A DNA stretch of 51,866 nt from Proteromonas lacertae (lineage: Eukaryota). The position numbers were made by a program, and so were the translations under genes. The notes under the pieces were generated by a model. The model was not told the origin of the DNA, ran no database searches, and saw only the letters and a program-made list of their open reading frames with translations. The DNA lies in NCBI GenBank assembly GCA_002245135.1, contig NGBS01001163.1, positions 310,001 to 361,866 on the forward strand, in the 5' to 3' direction. Of this stretch, positions 22,634 to 34,911 are shown in pieces (the first letter of the stretch is position 1; every line of letters begins with the position of its first letter).

Positions 22634-24385
22634 ATGAAATATAGAAGTGATATTCAAGGATTAAGGGGAATTGCAGTCATTTTAGTTTTGTTGTATCATG
22701 TTTATCCTACTATTTTTACTGGTGGTTTTATAGGTGTTGATATATTTTTTGTCTTATCAGGATATTTGATATGTATTTCAATTGAAAATAGAATAAAAAC
22801 CCAAAAAGGTAAATATTTTTCCTCATTTTATGCTGGAAGAATAAGAAGATTATTACCTTCATCGTTTGCAACTATATGCATTGTAACTCTATATGTTTAT
22901 TGGAATGATTGGGCATTCTTTTCTGTATATAAAATTGATGCTATTTCTTGTTTATTAGTCTATGCTAACTATCATTATTATTATAATAAAATAGATTACT
23001 TTTATTCTGGTTTAAAAGAGAGTCCACTTCTAAACTATTGGTCATTATCTATGGAAGAACAATTTTATTTAATAGCTCCTTTTTTTATATGGAATTTAAA
23101 TGATAATATAGTTGTATCTTACATATTAACTTCATTCATTTCATTTATTTTATGTATATACTATGGTTATGAAAATAGAATAAAGTGTTACTATTTTCTT
23201 TCCAGTCGTTGCTGGGAATTTTTATCTGGCTCTTTGATAAGACATTTTCAAACTAATATAACATTACAATCTGACATATCGATTGTAATAATAATAATAA
23301 TATCATTTTTATATAATAAAGAAATTATATATCCTACTTATAATGCTGTAATGCCTGTTATATTAACTATAATAAATCTAATTTCTTCGTATGCTAAATC
23401 CATATCTAATTGTTATATATTAAATTTGGTAGGCAATATGTCATATTCTATCTATCTAATACATTTTCCTTTAAAGGTATATTCGCATTCTTTATTACAT
23501 TACTTTATTAAAATGATAATATATGTTGTTATTTCATATAATTGTATTGAATTGCAGTTTTATAAAGGAATGTTTGTTGTATCTGATTGGTTGACTTATA
23601 TTATTTCTTTATTCACTTTATTAATTATGTTAAAATTGATAAAGTATTTAAATATTAATACTCAGATCAAATTAAAGAATATGAGACACTATTCTAGCTC
23701 AGAGTTGTTTAAAGATTTTAATAATATATTAAAGGATCATTGCCCTTTATTTAAATACAATAGAATATATAAATCATCAATTTTATTTATCGGAGATTCA
23801 CATATAGCTCAATATATCATTTCATTTTTATCTAGCGAAATGAAACATATATATCATATAGTACATTTAAATATACATAGATCTAGCTATAATGATATTT
23901 ATAAAAGCAAAATATTGCAAATAATTAATAAATATTACTTTAACTTATGTATTATGGGAAGTTTTATCGATAATAATAAATTAATTCATCAAATAACGAA
24001 TATAGCAGTGTTGATATTAAAAGTGTGTAAGATTGTGTTATTATGTAATGATAATCCAAATAATTCTATAGATCCAAATTCTTGTTTTAATAATAATAAA
24101 ACAGATTGTTATGGTATTATAAATTCTACATGTTTTATTCCTCAACAATTTTTGAAGCCTAATAGTTCTAGAATTGTGGTAGTAAAACTATGGGATGATA
24201 AAATAGTTTATAAATGTAAATGTAATTACTACTATAATCATAAACCAATATTTGCAGATCTACATCATTTAAGTGTTGAATATTTGAAACAATTATCAAA
24301 AAGAATACAAACAATCATATCTAAATATATTACTTCTGATATTGATTATATATATAACAAAACATGTAAAATATACATTCTCTAA
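22634..24385 (+). CDS. Acyltransferase-3 plus SGNH fusion (OafA/OatA-like O-acetyltransferase)
   Basis: RSDIQGLRGIAV..YH, GGFIGVDIFFVLSGYLI, RIRRLLP, WSLSMEEQFY and SYSIYLIHFP; the SGNH part has GDSH and DLHH. Confidence 0.93.
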   Translation: MKYRSDIQGLRGIAVILVLLYHVYPTIFTGGFIGVDIFFVLSGYLICISIENRIKTQKGKYFSSFYAGRIRRLLPSSFATICIVTLYVYWNDWAFFSVYKIDAISCLLVYANYHYYYNKIDYFYSGLKESPLLNYWSLSMEEQFYLIAPFFIWNLNDNIVVSYILTSFISFILCIYYGYENRIKCYYFLSSRCWEFLSGSLIRHFQTNITLQSDISIVIIIIISFLYNKEIIYPTYNAVMPVILTIINLISSYAKSISNCYILNLVGNMSYSIYLIHFPLKVYSHSLLHYFIKMIIYVVISYNCIELQFYKGMFVVSDWLTYIISLFTLLIMLKLIKYLNINTQIKLKNMRHYSSSELFKDFNNILKDHCPLFKYNRIYKSSILFIGDSHIAQYIISFLSSEMKHIYHIVHLNIHRSSYNDIYKSKILQIINKYYFNLCIMGSFIDNNKLIHQITNIAVLILKVCKIVLLCNDNPNNSIDPNSCFNNNKTDCYGIINSTCFIPQQFLKPNSSRIVVVKLWDDKIVYKCKCNYYYNHKPIFADLHHLSVEYLKQLSKRIQTIISKYITSDIDYIYNKTCKIYIL

Positions 24386-24445
24386 CTAATTATTTATTAT
24401 TTAATATGAAATGTTTTTAAACATATAGTTGTATTTAGTTTAATA

Positions 24446-25474
24446 ATGATTATTATTTACGTTTTAAACATAATATTATTCTTTCAGATTACTTGTTTTC
24501 TAGTTTATATAAATAGTAACATAGTCTATTCTTTAAAATATTTCAATTTTAATAATGCTACAAACATAAATGATTTTCGTAAGTGTTTAATTTTATCATT
24601 TGCTCTTCATTACAATTTTAGTAGTATGAAGAACTTTATATTATCCTTAAATAGGTCAAATTATAATGGAGATGTAATTCTTTTTACTTATAAAATATCA
24701 AGATATTTGGATGAATTGCTAAATAAATATAACATTCATTCAATACAACTTAACCTAACATATCCATTTTATCCATTTAATAATATTGAATATCCTATAT
24801 CAAAAATTAATATTTATAATAATTTGTACTTTTATAAAGGCAAATCGTTTGTAACATACAGATATTATTTATATAAATTATTTATTAAGTATTATGGTAA
24901 TAAATATAATTATATTCTCCTCACTGATATTAGAGATGTAATTTTTCAATTAAATCCATTTAAGTGGAATATTAAGCAAGGAATTTATCTAGTTGAAGAA
25001 CATCCAAGAAGAAAAATAAAATCTGACAAATCGAATTTGATATTTTTAAAACATTATAAACCAAATATATATCTTTATAATAGTACAATTATAAATGGTG
25101 GAGTATTATATGGTAGTTATCCAGAAATATATAATTTTCTGATTAATTTTTTATCATATATATGTCTATATAATTGTAATGGAAATGATCAAGGAGGAAT
25201 TAATTCTTACATTCGAAGTACTATGACTTTTCATTATCCTATTTTCCTTCTAAATTCAACTCACACTCCTGTAAAAACTTTAGCATTATGGCTATTTGAT
25301 TCACAAGCATGTTGCATTCCTTTTCATAATATTATATTTAATAAAGATATGAGTATTCCTCACATAATTCATCAGTATGACAGAGTAATAAAGGCAAGTA
25401 ATTCTAACATACATTATAAAGCATTATTTAAATCATACATATTATATTACTCAGAATATAATTTCAGCATGTAA
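24446..25474 (+). CDS. Putative GT-A glycosyltransferase (DxRDVxFQxxPF / HQYDR family)
   Basis: Signal anchor; LTDIRDVIFQLNPF, INGGV, NDQG and IIHQYDR. Paralog at 26352-27335. Confidence 0.72.
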   Translation: MIIIYVLNIILFFQITCFLVYINSNIVYSLKYFNFNNATNINDFRKCLILSFALHYNFSSMKNFILSLNRSNYNGDVILFTYKISRYLDELLNKYNIHSIQLNLTYPFYPFNNIEYPISKINIYNNLYFYKGKSFVTYRYYLYKLFIKYYGNKYNYILLTDIRDVIFQLNPFKWNIKQGIYLVEEHPRRKIKSDKSNLIFLKHYKPNIYLYNSTIINGGVLYGSYPEIYNFLINFLSYICLYNCNGNDQGGINSYIRSTMTFHYPIFLLNSTHTPVKTLALWLFDSQACCIPFHNIIFNKDMSIPHIIHQYDRVIKASNSNIHYKALFKSYILYYSEYNFSM

Positions 25475-25504
25475 TTTATTTTCCTTGACAATGTAGTAAA
25501 TACT

Positions 25505-26416
25505 TTAAAATTTTAAAGGATGATAGAATTTATTAAATCTATTTTTGCATTGCATTAGATTTATCCAATTCATTTCTGTCAATGATTTTCCAGCAGATAA
25601 TGGAGATCCAAGATACTTATTTGGAATAATTTCATAGGATAAGTTATAATAGAATATTAATTCAATAGTACTTGATTCTGTCTGAGAATGATAATTATGT
25701 TGTAAATCAAATATAATTTTGGATAAATACAATTTAGACCACCTTTGAATAAACTCCCTATTTACATATCCGTAATTATCATGAAATGTGTTTTTCCTTC
25801 GTTTTAAATAATTCTTTGTTGCACAATTATACCATACCCATTTAGGTGTAATTTTTCCCACACCTATAGTAATTAGATCCTTCATGTTCTTTTTGTATTT
25901 CTGTATAAATTCATATAAATTACCTATATATCCTACATCTTGTTCAATAATCCATATGTAATTAAACACTGTTTTTAGTTTTTTATGAAATGCAACTATT
26001 GATTCAGAATGAGAAATCCATGATAGTAATTTTGAAGATTTAAAAGTGCTACAATTTCCTTTCAAATATAAAATATGTGGATAAATAGATAATATTTCTT
26101 TGAATGACACAACAATATTTACTATATTAAATTTAGATAAGAATGACATATTTAATCTATTCATTGATAATAAAAAAAATGAATAATGATTTGGAAACAT
26201 TTTTCTCCATTCCTTATATCTTAACATCTGTTTAGTTGTGGGTGAAAAAATTCTAATAATTATACAATACTTATTACAGTTATATTTAGTTTGAAAATAA
26301 TTACATATCATAAATAAAAATGATAGAGTATATATTATAAAGAACACATATTTAAATTTTATAATCATTATATTTAAGTAAATAATTTGATAGTTTATCA
26401 TACCCAATTCTATCAT
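25505..26416 (-). CDS. DUF3405-like putative glycosyltransferase
   Basis: Signal anchor; WIIEQDVGYIG and terminal FYHPLKF. The true start is probably at MIIKFKY. Confidence 0.6.
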   Translation of the reverse strand: MIELGMINYQIIYLNIMIIKFKYVFFIIYTLSFLFMICNYFQTKYNCNKYCIIIRIFSPTTKQMLRYKEWRKMFPNHYSFFLLSMNRLNMSFLSKFNIVNIVVSFKEILSIYPHILYLKGNCSTFKSSKLLSWISHSESIVAFHKKLKTVFNYIWIIEQDVGYIGNLYEFIQKYKKNMKDLITIGVGKITPKWVWYNCATKNYLKRRKNTFHDNYGYVNREFIQRWSKLYLSKIIFDLQHNYHSQTESSTIELIFYYNLSYEIIPNKYLGSPLSAGKSLTEMNWINLMQCKNRFNKFYHPLKF

Positions 26417-27335
26417 ATTGATGAATAATTGACGGAATTGATTTATCTTTATTTATAAAGCAATTATTTTTAGGTGGATAGAATAATTCTATATTTCTTT
26501 TATCTACATATTCAACATGAAAATGTAATGCTAAACCATATCCATTTCTAAAAATATAGATTGGAATAGAATGAAAATAGTTATTATAAAAAAAGTAATT
26601 AAGTGTTCCTTGACTTGCAGTAATTGAATTATTTAAAAGTTTAATGTATAATTTATAAAAATTATATATTTCATATTTAGTACCAAATGTAATTCCTGAA
26701 TTGATTATAGGATTATTAGATATTTTTTTCCAATTTTTATACACGCTGATCCATTCTACCATTTTCTTTTGTTGTTTTATAGGATAATTTATAGCTTCTT
26801 CAAATAAATATACTCCTCTTTTTACATTAAAATCAAATGGGTTTGACTGAAAAATTACATCTCTGATATCAATTATTGCATAATAGTCATAACAATCTAT
26901 ATATTTATCCATCCATATTTTAATAATAAAGTGTCTATAAACTGTAAATTTAAAGCTATGATAGCTTATCATATTTGCTTTGATATCTGATATGTTAAAT
27001 ACGTAGTTACTATTACTTAACAGAAATGGATAAACATGTGTAATAAAAAGAAATGTAACATTAAGCTGTTTCATTACATTAGAATTAATTAATGTTGAAT
27101 TCTTTTCTACTAAAAGAATTATTGATCCTTTATATTTTGTTTTTATTAATGATGTCATAAAGTACTTTATTTTATTCCATCCATAATGATATGCTAAACT
27201 GAATATTACACACTTGCAGTTAATATTCTGTTTGACTCTTTCATATGAATATGAATTACAATTATATATTATCCCTTTTAAAATGATACAATAAATTAAG
27301 AGTATATAAAATATAATATATACTTTTTTATTCAT
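26352..27335 (-). CDS. Putative GT-A glycosyltransferase (DxRDVxFQxxPF / HQYDR family)
   Basis: Signal anchor; IIDIRDVIFQSNPF, INSGITFG, SQGTLN and IIHQYDR. Confidence 0.72.
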   Translation of the reverse strand: MNKKVYIIFYILLIYCIILKGIIYNCNSYSYERVKQNINCKCVIFSLAYHYGWNKIKYFMTSLIKTKYKGSIILLVEKNSTLINSNVMKQLNVTFLFITHVYPFLLSNSNYVFNISDIKANMISYHSFKFTVYRHFIIKIWMDKYIDCYDYYAIIDIRDVIFQSNPFDFNVKRGVYLFEEAINYPIKQQKKMVEWISVYKNWKKISNNPIINSGITFGTKYEIYNFYKLYIKLLNNSITASQGTLNYFFYNNYFHSIPIYIFRNGYGLALHFHVEYVDKRNIELFYPPKNNCFINKDKSIPSIIHQYDRIGYDKLSNYLLKYNDYKI

Positions 27336-27372
27336 TTAATACAACGATGCTGTTATTATGTTAAAGTCTTAT

Positions 27373-28710
27373 TCAATCACATAACTTATGAGACATGCTT
27401 ACTTCACAACCTAAATCATTTTTGTAATCTGAAGTAGCATTTAATACCACATCAACTATATAATATAAATTATAGCAAAAAGGAAAGTATATTAGTTTTT
27501 CTGCCCATATACCAATTCCATTATCTTTAGCCCAATCTCTTTCAACTAAAAATTTATTCATGAGAAATGGATTCTTTGTTGATAATAATTTAAATATTCT
27601 TCCTTCAATATTTAAATTACTAGTATGTTGTGGTTTATACTTAATCCAATTTCTTTGGATATCAATTGCTTTATTTATAAGGCTTTTAACTTCCTCAATA
27701 TTTATTCCATGTATTCTTTTATATGATGGATAATAGAGAGAAATAAAATGCATGGATCCTTCTTCAATATATTGTTCCATAAAAGATGGGCAACCTCTAT
27801 ATAAACCTCCTATATTAATTATGACTCCAGGATCTGATATAAATGGAAAATATAATAATCCTGTTCCAGGTCCAGATATATAAATGCTTGTGCAGCTTAA
27901 TACTTGTAATTGTTGTATGAAATCTTTATATTTTCTCCAATCAACATATACTATCTTTAATCGTTTATTATAAAATCTGATTATTGTGAAAAACATCTCT
28001 TTGTCTATTTTAGAAAACCTTTTATTATCAACTATTATTGCATATTTATTTTTGCATTCAGTAATATTATATACATAATACATTCTTTTTCTCATCCACC
28101 ATGTTGCTTTATATTCTTTACCTCCAGGTATTGAATAGTCTTTATTTGTACATCTTTGACATTGATGAGCCAATCCTACCACTAAAGTATTTATTAAATA
28201 CGATTTATTATACATATCAGTTTCATAAAGTAATTTATTCATAGAAAATTTTTCAAACACATTTGTTTGCCAATTATCTTTCCATTTATAATCGAACTTT
28301 GTTAATACTATATTAAAAGGATCCATTCTATAATTTAATTTTAGTAATGATAAATAAATCGAATATAAATCATCCCACAATAAGTGACCTATATTATTAG
28401 AATTAAATAACCCCATATATGTAGTAATACCTTTAATATTACAATTATACTTTATTGTACTTCTGATTAGTAAAGGCTTAAAACATATATTACTGCTTCT
28501 ACTTCTAATTGCTACACATTTTACTTTGTTTTCATTTACATTTAATAAAATCCATTTACCTTTTATATAATATATGTTCTTGTATATACATGTCCTATTA
28601 TAGTTTGATCCATAACATTTGACTGTGGAATTTATTTCTTGATTAATATTTATAATAACACAAAATGTTAATAAAATAATCAAAATGAAATAACACCTAG
28701 AAACAGTCAT
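27373..28710 (-). CDS. GT61-family glycosyltransferase
   Basis: Signal anchor; RTCIYKNIYY, NIGHLLWDDL and FIQQLQVLSCTSIYISGPGTGL. Confidence 0.75.
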   Translation of the reverse strand: MTVSRCYFILIILLTFCVIININQEINSTVKCYGSNYNRTCIYKNIYYIKGKWILLNVNENKVKCVAIRSRSSNICFKPLLIRSTIKYNCNIKGITTYMGLFNSNNIGHLLWDDLYSIYLSLLKLNYRMDPFNIVLTKFDYKWKDNWQTNVFEKFSMNKLLYETDMYNKSYLINTLVVGLAHQCQRCTNKDYSIPGGKEYKATWWMRKRMYYVYNITECKNKYAIIVDNKRFSKIDKEMFFTIIRFYNKRLKIVYVDWRKYKDFIQQLQVLSCTSIYISGPGTGLLYFPFISDPGVIINIGGLYRGCPSFMEQYIEEGSMHFISLYYPSYKRIHGINIEEVKSLINKAIDIQRNWIKYKPQHTSNLNIEGRIFKLLSTKNPFLMNKFLVERDWAKDNGIGIWAEKLIYFPFCYNLYYIVDVVLNATSDYKNDLGCEVSMSHKLCD

Positions 28711-28750
28711 AATCTTTTATGTTATAACAAAGAATATTAGATAATATAAA

Positions 28751-29701
28751 TTATGTAATATTGAAATGTAAAAATGCTATCTCTGATATTCTTAAAGCAT
28801 GAATCATGAACACATTATTTGCATCAAATATAAATTTTGGAATATTTAAATATACCTTATAGTTATAAGTAATGTAAGAATCAATAAATGTTAAACTAGC
28901 ATTTCTTGCTAATCTTCCCAAAAAAATATCTTCAGGAAAGCCATTACTTAATTTACTAAATTCTTTATCTATATTTTGCAATAGTTTATTTATTGATTTT
29001 GATAAAAAACTGTATGACATTCCGCTAGGATATCTTTTGTTTTTATCATTATAAAACCAAATATAACCTAAAATAAAACCATTGCTTAATTCTTCCAAAC
29101 TTTTTACTATTGACTTAAGTATATGAACATTTACAAAAGTGTCAGTATCTTGCTTGATAATTACATCATACAAGTGCTTATATTTTTCAACCCATTTAAG
29201 AAAATTGTATGTAAGAAAATGTAATTTCAGATAGGTTGTATAAAAGTTAAACAAAACTATATCCTTATACTTTCTCATTTCATCAAATAACATGCGGTTA
29301 AATATTTCATTGCAATCTAACCCTACAAAAAATAGTAATTGAATATTCTTATATATTTTATATATTTTTCTATACACATATCGATGATAGAAGAGAGATA
29401 TATGGGAATGTATTGCTATCAAAAATTTTGATTTTCTTTTTCTAAAGTTGCTATATACTATTATTTTATGTTGCTTCTTTTTACAGACTAAATATTTAGA
29501 ATATATTGTTTCTGAAGTATAATTTCTGCTGTTCTTTATTGGTTTATTAGCCTTATACGTCTTATTTATATAAAACAATTCTCTATTTAATTTTCTCTCA
29601 AATAGTAATTCACAATTAAATTCATTAATATTAATAGTAATAGATTTTATAAAATAAATAAAAATCAATAAAATAGAAATAGAATATAGAAATATATTCA
29701 C
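28751..29701 (-). CDS. GT31 beta-1,3-galactosyltransferase-like (GTG start)
   Basis: EMRKYKDIV, IIKQDTDTFVN, YPSGMSY and PEDIFLG motifs. Confidence 0.85.
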   Translation of the reverse strand: MNIFLYSISILLIFIYFIKSITININEFNCELLFERKLNRELFYINKTYKANKPIKNSRNYTSETIYSKYLVCKKKQHKIIVYSNFRKRKSKFLIAIHSHISLFYHRYVYRKIYKIYKNIQLLFFVGLDCNEIFNRMLFDEMRKYKDIVLFNFYTTYLKLHFLTYNFLKWVEKYKHLYDVIIKQDTDTFVNVHILKSIVKSLEELSNGFILGYIWFYNDKNKRYPSGMSYSFLSKSINKLLQNIDKEFSKLSNGFPEDIFLGRLARNASLTFIDSYITYNYKVYLNIPKFIFDANNVFMIHALRISEIAFLHFNIT

Positions 29702-29717
29702 TTTTATATAGTAAAAA

Positions 29718-30648
29718 ATGAGTATAATAAAATTAACAACAGTAAGAATTGGAATAATACTAATTGTATTTATTATTACTATAACAAATATAATACATAG
29801 AATAATTATTTATAAAGAAAACAATCAGATTAATTATATACGAATATCATAACCCTCCATATCCTCTTGAAAAATTAAGAATACCAGATCCAAGTATATT
29901 TAAATGTATATTGTCACCAACAAACATATATAATAATACTTTTTTCTTTATTTTTGTACCTACAGGGCCATATGATTTTAAATATAGAAATGCAATACGA
30001 AATACTTGGGGAAGAAATACAGATGAAGTATGTATATATTTTTTTATGGGAATTAACACAAATACAAATATTAATTATTTAGTTAATGAACTGCTATTAT
30101 ACAACGACATTATACAATTTGATTTTATCAACAGTTTCTTAAATCTATCATTATTAACATTACTTGCAATATCGTGGATTATAAATAATAATTTAAAATT
30201 TCATTACTATATTAAGATTGATAGAGATGTAGTTCCGAATATATATAATATTAAAATAATTCTATTAAATAAATATTACAACTTATCAGGTGTTTTTGGT
30301 TATAAAAAGCATAGATTTAAGATCAATAGAAACAATAATCAATCATCTTTTATACCTAAATTTTCTTTTTCAAAATTATACGGACCAGAATATGTCGTTG
30401 GAAGATTTACTATTATTGATTACTTGACATTAAGCAAAATTCAAAAAACTGCTAATAATTACAAGCCTATAGTATATAGAGAAGATGTTCATATAGGGAT
30501 TTTATGTGATTTAATTAATATTAGTGTAATTAATATAGACAGAATAACAGAAAATAGAATATTAAATTGTAAAGAATTTAAAAACTCATATAGTTCTCAT
30601 TCATATAAACCAAGTGATATATATAAACTATTTAATAGCTGCTTTTGA
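29718..30648 (+). pseudogene. GT31 beta-1,3-galactosyltransferase-like; frameshift near 29820
   Basis: RNAIRNTWG, YNDIIQFDFINSFLNL, IKIDRDV and EDVHIG. The ATG and TM anchor at 29718 are in another frame. Confidence 0.85.
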
Positions 30649-30654
30649 TTTATA

Positions 30655-31566
30655 ATGATAAATCATTATCTATATGTTGAATTGTTTCTAATTCTATTAT
30701 TTATAATATATATATTATTGTATAATAATCAAAATAAGTATAGAAATATTATTAGCACATGTGATTTATATATTTTACATAACTCTTCACAATACTGCAC
30801 TTTATCAAATAGTGGATTTCAGTGATGTGTATATTAGAAAATATTTCTTTACTTCACTTATCAAAGTATATGACTCGAAATCGGATAAAGAATCAATTAT
30901 TATTGATGTTGGTTCTAAACAAAGGAGATGTAACTAAGTTATTACATGATATGTTTACTCAAAATTTAGTAGTATCAATCGAACCTTTAAGTCTAAATTA
31001 TAATTATCAACAAGAAATATTTAAAAACATTGCAAATATTGTGACTTACAATTATGGAATTTCAAATAAAAAATATGAATCGAAGATATATACAGGAAAA
31101 AAAATAGGTTATATGTATGTTAAAGGAGAAAAAAATGATGAAAAATAGATTTCACAAAATGTAAAGTTTATTACTTTAGATTATTTCTTAATGAATAAAT
31201 GTATAATTATTAATATAACATTAATAGTAAGAATGAATGCTAATATATTCTTTTTAAAAATAGATGTAGAAGGATATGAAGATGAAGTTCTTGAAGGAAG
31301 TCTATTGACTCTAAAAAATAGAAGAGTAAAATATATTTTCTTTGAATATCATGATAAATGGTGTAAAACTAAATTTAATTTTTATAAATAAGTACTTGGA
31401 AAACAATGGATTCAACTTATATTTAATAGGAAAAAATAAATCTGCAAGAATTACAGATGATTGTTATGAAGTATTAGAAAAAGTCTTTCCTTTGCATATT
31501 TTTGGATGTAATACTTATTATGAACATTCCGATATACTAAATAGAGCATATAATAGTCAATTTTAG
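30655..31566 (+). pseudogene. FkbM-family (Methyltransf_21) methyltransferase with multiple frameshifts
   Basis: Signal anchor; IIDVGS-KG, SIEP, FLKIDVEGYEDEVLEG and IFFEYH spread across several frames. Confidence 0.82.
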
Positions 31567-32605
31567 TTAATCATTTTTTCTATATTTATTTGTTTGGTAT
31601 TGCTTATCATTAATATACATATGGTAAGATATTAAGTCATATGATTTAATTCTATGTATAACTGTCACATTTTTGAAAATGACACACTTATTTGGTAGAA
31701 TTGCATAACTAGATATACCTTTTATTCTTATATGTAATTTATACAATAACCATGATATATACTGATCATCAATTCTTATTAGATTGGGATATTTTAATGA
31801 TTCTTTGTATAATATTGTAGGTAAATCTGCACTAAAAACTGTAATAAACCCAGAATAAACATCTATCCCATTCTTAGGAAACAAGGAGTTATAATAATCT
31901 GCAACTTTTTTTGTAGAGCTATACTTATAAGATGCATCGCTATTAACTCTTTTCCATCTGATTATTTCTGCGCCCCAAAATTGTTTTTTTAATTTTTCAT
32001 TATATTTTAGCATGTTATGAAGTTGAAATAGATTAACATATGTATCAACATCTATTTTTGCAAAATATTTTGAATATGGACATAAATCATTCAAATATTT
32101 CATTGTATATATGCTAAATAATGATTCATTTGAAAATGATTCATATATATTAATCTGTAGCATATCACCATATTTATTATTTTCCTCAATGAAGAATTTA
32201 TTACATGCTATGCTTACCAATTCCTATTATATAACGAATTGTTATATACTGATTATTTACTCCCCACGTTTTTCTTACTGCTAATCTTTCAACAGACTGC
32301 CTACATTCAGATATAATGTATATATAGAGAATGGTTGTTTTAGGACAAATATTATAACGCAAAAATACATAATTATATGGAAATGGTTCTGGAGAATCTT
32401 TACTAGAATAATTCATTTTTATAGACAAAGTATTCTTTGCAACTATGCATTTTTCTTTGCATCTACTATATTTAAAACAACTATATATTGTTTTAATTAA
32501 TTGAAGAGTTTGTTTAGACTTATCATTTTGAAAATAATATAAATAAAAGACAATAATATTTAATAAGAAAAAGATATAATAATAATAATATTTGATATAT
32601 GATAT
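31567..32605 (-). pseudogene. GT31 beta-1,3-galactosyltransferase-like; frameshift near 32210 and no in-frame ATG at the anchor
   Basis: RLAVRKTWG, EENNKYGDML, AKIDVDTYVN and IDDQYI motifs. Confidence 0.85.
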
Positions 32606-32778
32606 AAAAATTAGTACAATTAAAATATCAACAAAATCTTAGTGAATTATTACAATTTATATTACAAAATGAGAAATAATTTACTGATGTAAATAATAGT
32701 AAAATAATATTACAAAACTTAATAAAAGTATTCAAATTTTCAAATGTTATTATCATTTTATAATATAATTTAATTGTA

Positions 32779-34417
32779 ATAAAATTTAGAAATGATATCC
32801 AAGAGGTTAGAGGAATTGCAGTTCTTTTTGTCTTTGTATATCATTTATTCCCAACAGCAGCTCCGGGTGGGTATATAGGAGTTGATATATTTTTTGTAAT
32901 ATCAGGATTCATAATTACTAGAACATTAATAAGTTCACAAAATAGAAGATATAAAATAATTTACTTTTACGCTAAAAGAATTAAAAGGTTAATTCCTTCA
33001 AGTTATATATGCCTTGTCTTCTACTATATTTACCATCCTACAATTAAAAAGCAGTCATTACATGAGACACAACATTATTATGATATAATATCAGCCATTC
33101 TATGTTACTCAAATATAAGATTTGATAAAGTTACTAAGAGCTATTTTCAAAGCCAATATAATTCAATAATTTTAAATTACTGGTCCTTATCTTTAGAAGA
33201 GCAATTTTATGCAATATACCCCATACTATTCTATTACTCTTATTTTCATTCTTTAATAATATCAATACTATTTCTATTAAGTTATGTAAATTGTATATTA
33301 AAGACATATAAAAATGATTGTTCTGCATATTATATGATATATAATAGATGTTGGGAATTATTATTAGGATGTATAACTGTCAAATTAACCTACATAATCC
33401 ACATAAACTCAATAATCATTTTATGTTGCATTATATTATCTTCGTATGTTATTGGAATTTATAACTTCTTAAAATTTCCTGGCTTTATTGCATTGCTACC
33501 TGATGTACTTACTTCCCTTATTATTCAAAATAGTTCTGTACTATTTAATAGTAATACATTAATTATGTTGGGAAATATTTCATATATTATTTACTTGTTT
33601 CATTATCCAATAATACAGAATAATCATAACTTTATCTTTATTATCATAAAGATTCTATTAGTTTCTGAAGTTATATATTTTTATTTAGAAGTTCCAATAA
33701 AGCATTCTAAACAAATCATATTTATTTGTATAATTAGCAGTGTTTTATCACTTGTGCTAATATTTAGTGTTTATATCTCAATCACGAAAAATATAAAATA
33801 TAATGATTTAATTATGTATAATGAGAATTACTATTGTAGTTTAAAATGTTATTGTTCAAATCAATTAATAGAATTTACAAAGTATTCAGTTCTGTTATTA
33901 GGTGATTCACATCTTTTTCAATACTTATCAATGATTAATACATTATTAAATAGATATAATATAGATAAAATTTTGATATTGCAATCGTTGATTATCAATA
34001 TTGAAAAGAATTATTTACAAATTACAAAATTATTCTTAAGTCTAAAACATATATTGTTGTGTATAATGTCTTATTATGTTGACTATAAGTTTCTATATAT
34101 CAATAAATATAAATTCGAAATAGCATTCGTATACATGATTAAACAAATTACTAGAATGGTGAATGGATTAGTGATAATGCAAGATAATCCACATAGAATA
34201 TGTGTATATAATACTACATGTAGACAATATTTACTACCTATAATATATCACAAAAAGATTACTTACATAACTATTTTTAACTTGTATTATAAAGGTTTAA
34301 ATACATGTATTGAAAATATATATTCTACAATTATTTTTCGGATATGCACCACTTAAATGAACAGTATATATGCAAATCAAGAATGATATACAAAATGCTT
34401 GAATTTGTAATTCATTA
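32779..34417 (+). pseudogene. Second AT3-SGNH O-acetyltransferase; ATA at the start position and a C-terminal frameshift
   Basis: One open frame from ATA 32779: (I)KFRNDIQEVRGIAV, GGYIGVDIFFVISG, WSLSLEEQFY, continuing into ORF 33334-34356 (GDSH). The DMHH motif is in a shifted frame near 34340. Confidence 0.88.
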
Positions 34418-34419
34418 AT

Positions 34420-34911
34420 TAATTTATCCTCTTCTTTTTTACCTAAACCAACTGTATATAGAGTAATATTATTTAACCATTGAGCATTATATATTAGAGA
34501 TTTTGTAAATATATGTAAATTATTAGGAATTGGTTCTATGGATATTGTTCTTATTCCATTATCCAACATACCAAATGAGCATATTCCTATGTTTGCTCCA
34601 GCGTCCATATAGTAGTCATCCTTATTTAACCCAAGTAATAGATACCACAATTTTCTTATTTTAGGACAATCATCCCAATCTCCATTTTGTTTTATTGAAT
34701 TTGAAATAACATCATTTTCATTTCTTACATAAATATAAAATTGTGATTTATTCCTACTAATTTTGACCAGTGATAATTTTTTATTACATTCAGGATATTT
34801 GATGTGTTTGCGGTCCCATACATACTGTTTAGTATTATGATAAGATATATAATTAGTATAATATATAGTAATGATAAATAAAATTAATATGATGATAAAC
34901 ACTTTGTTCAT
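34420..34911 (-). pseudogene. FkbM-family methyltransferase, 3'-truncated
   Basis: Signal anchor; DVISNSIKQNGDW, MDAGANIG, SIEPIPNN and VGLG. It lacks KIDVEG, and the ORF tail is antisense of the acyltransferase end. Confidence 0.8.
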
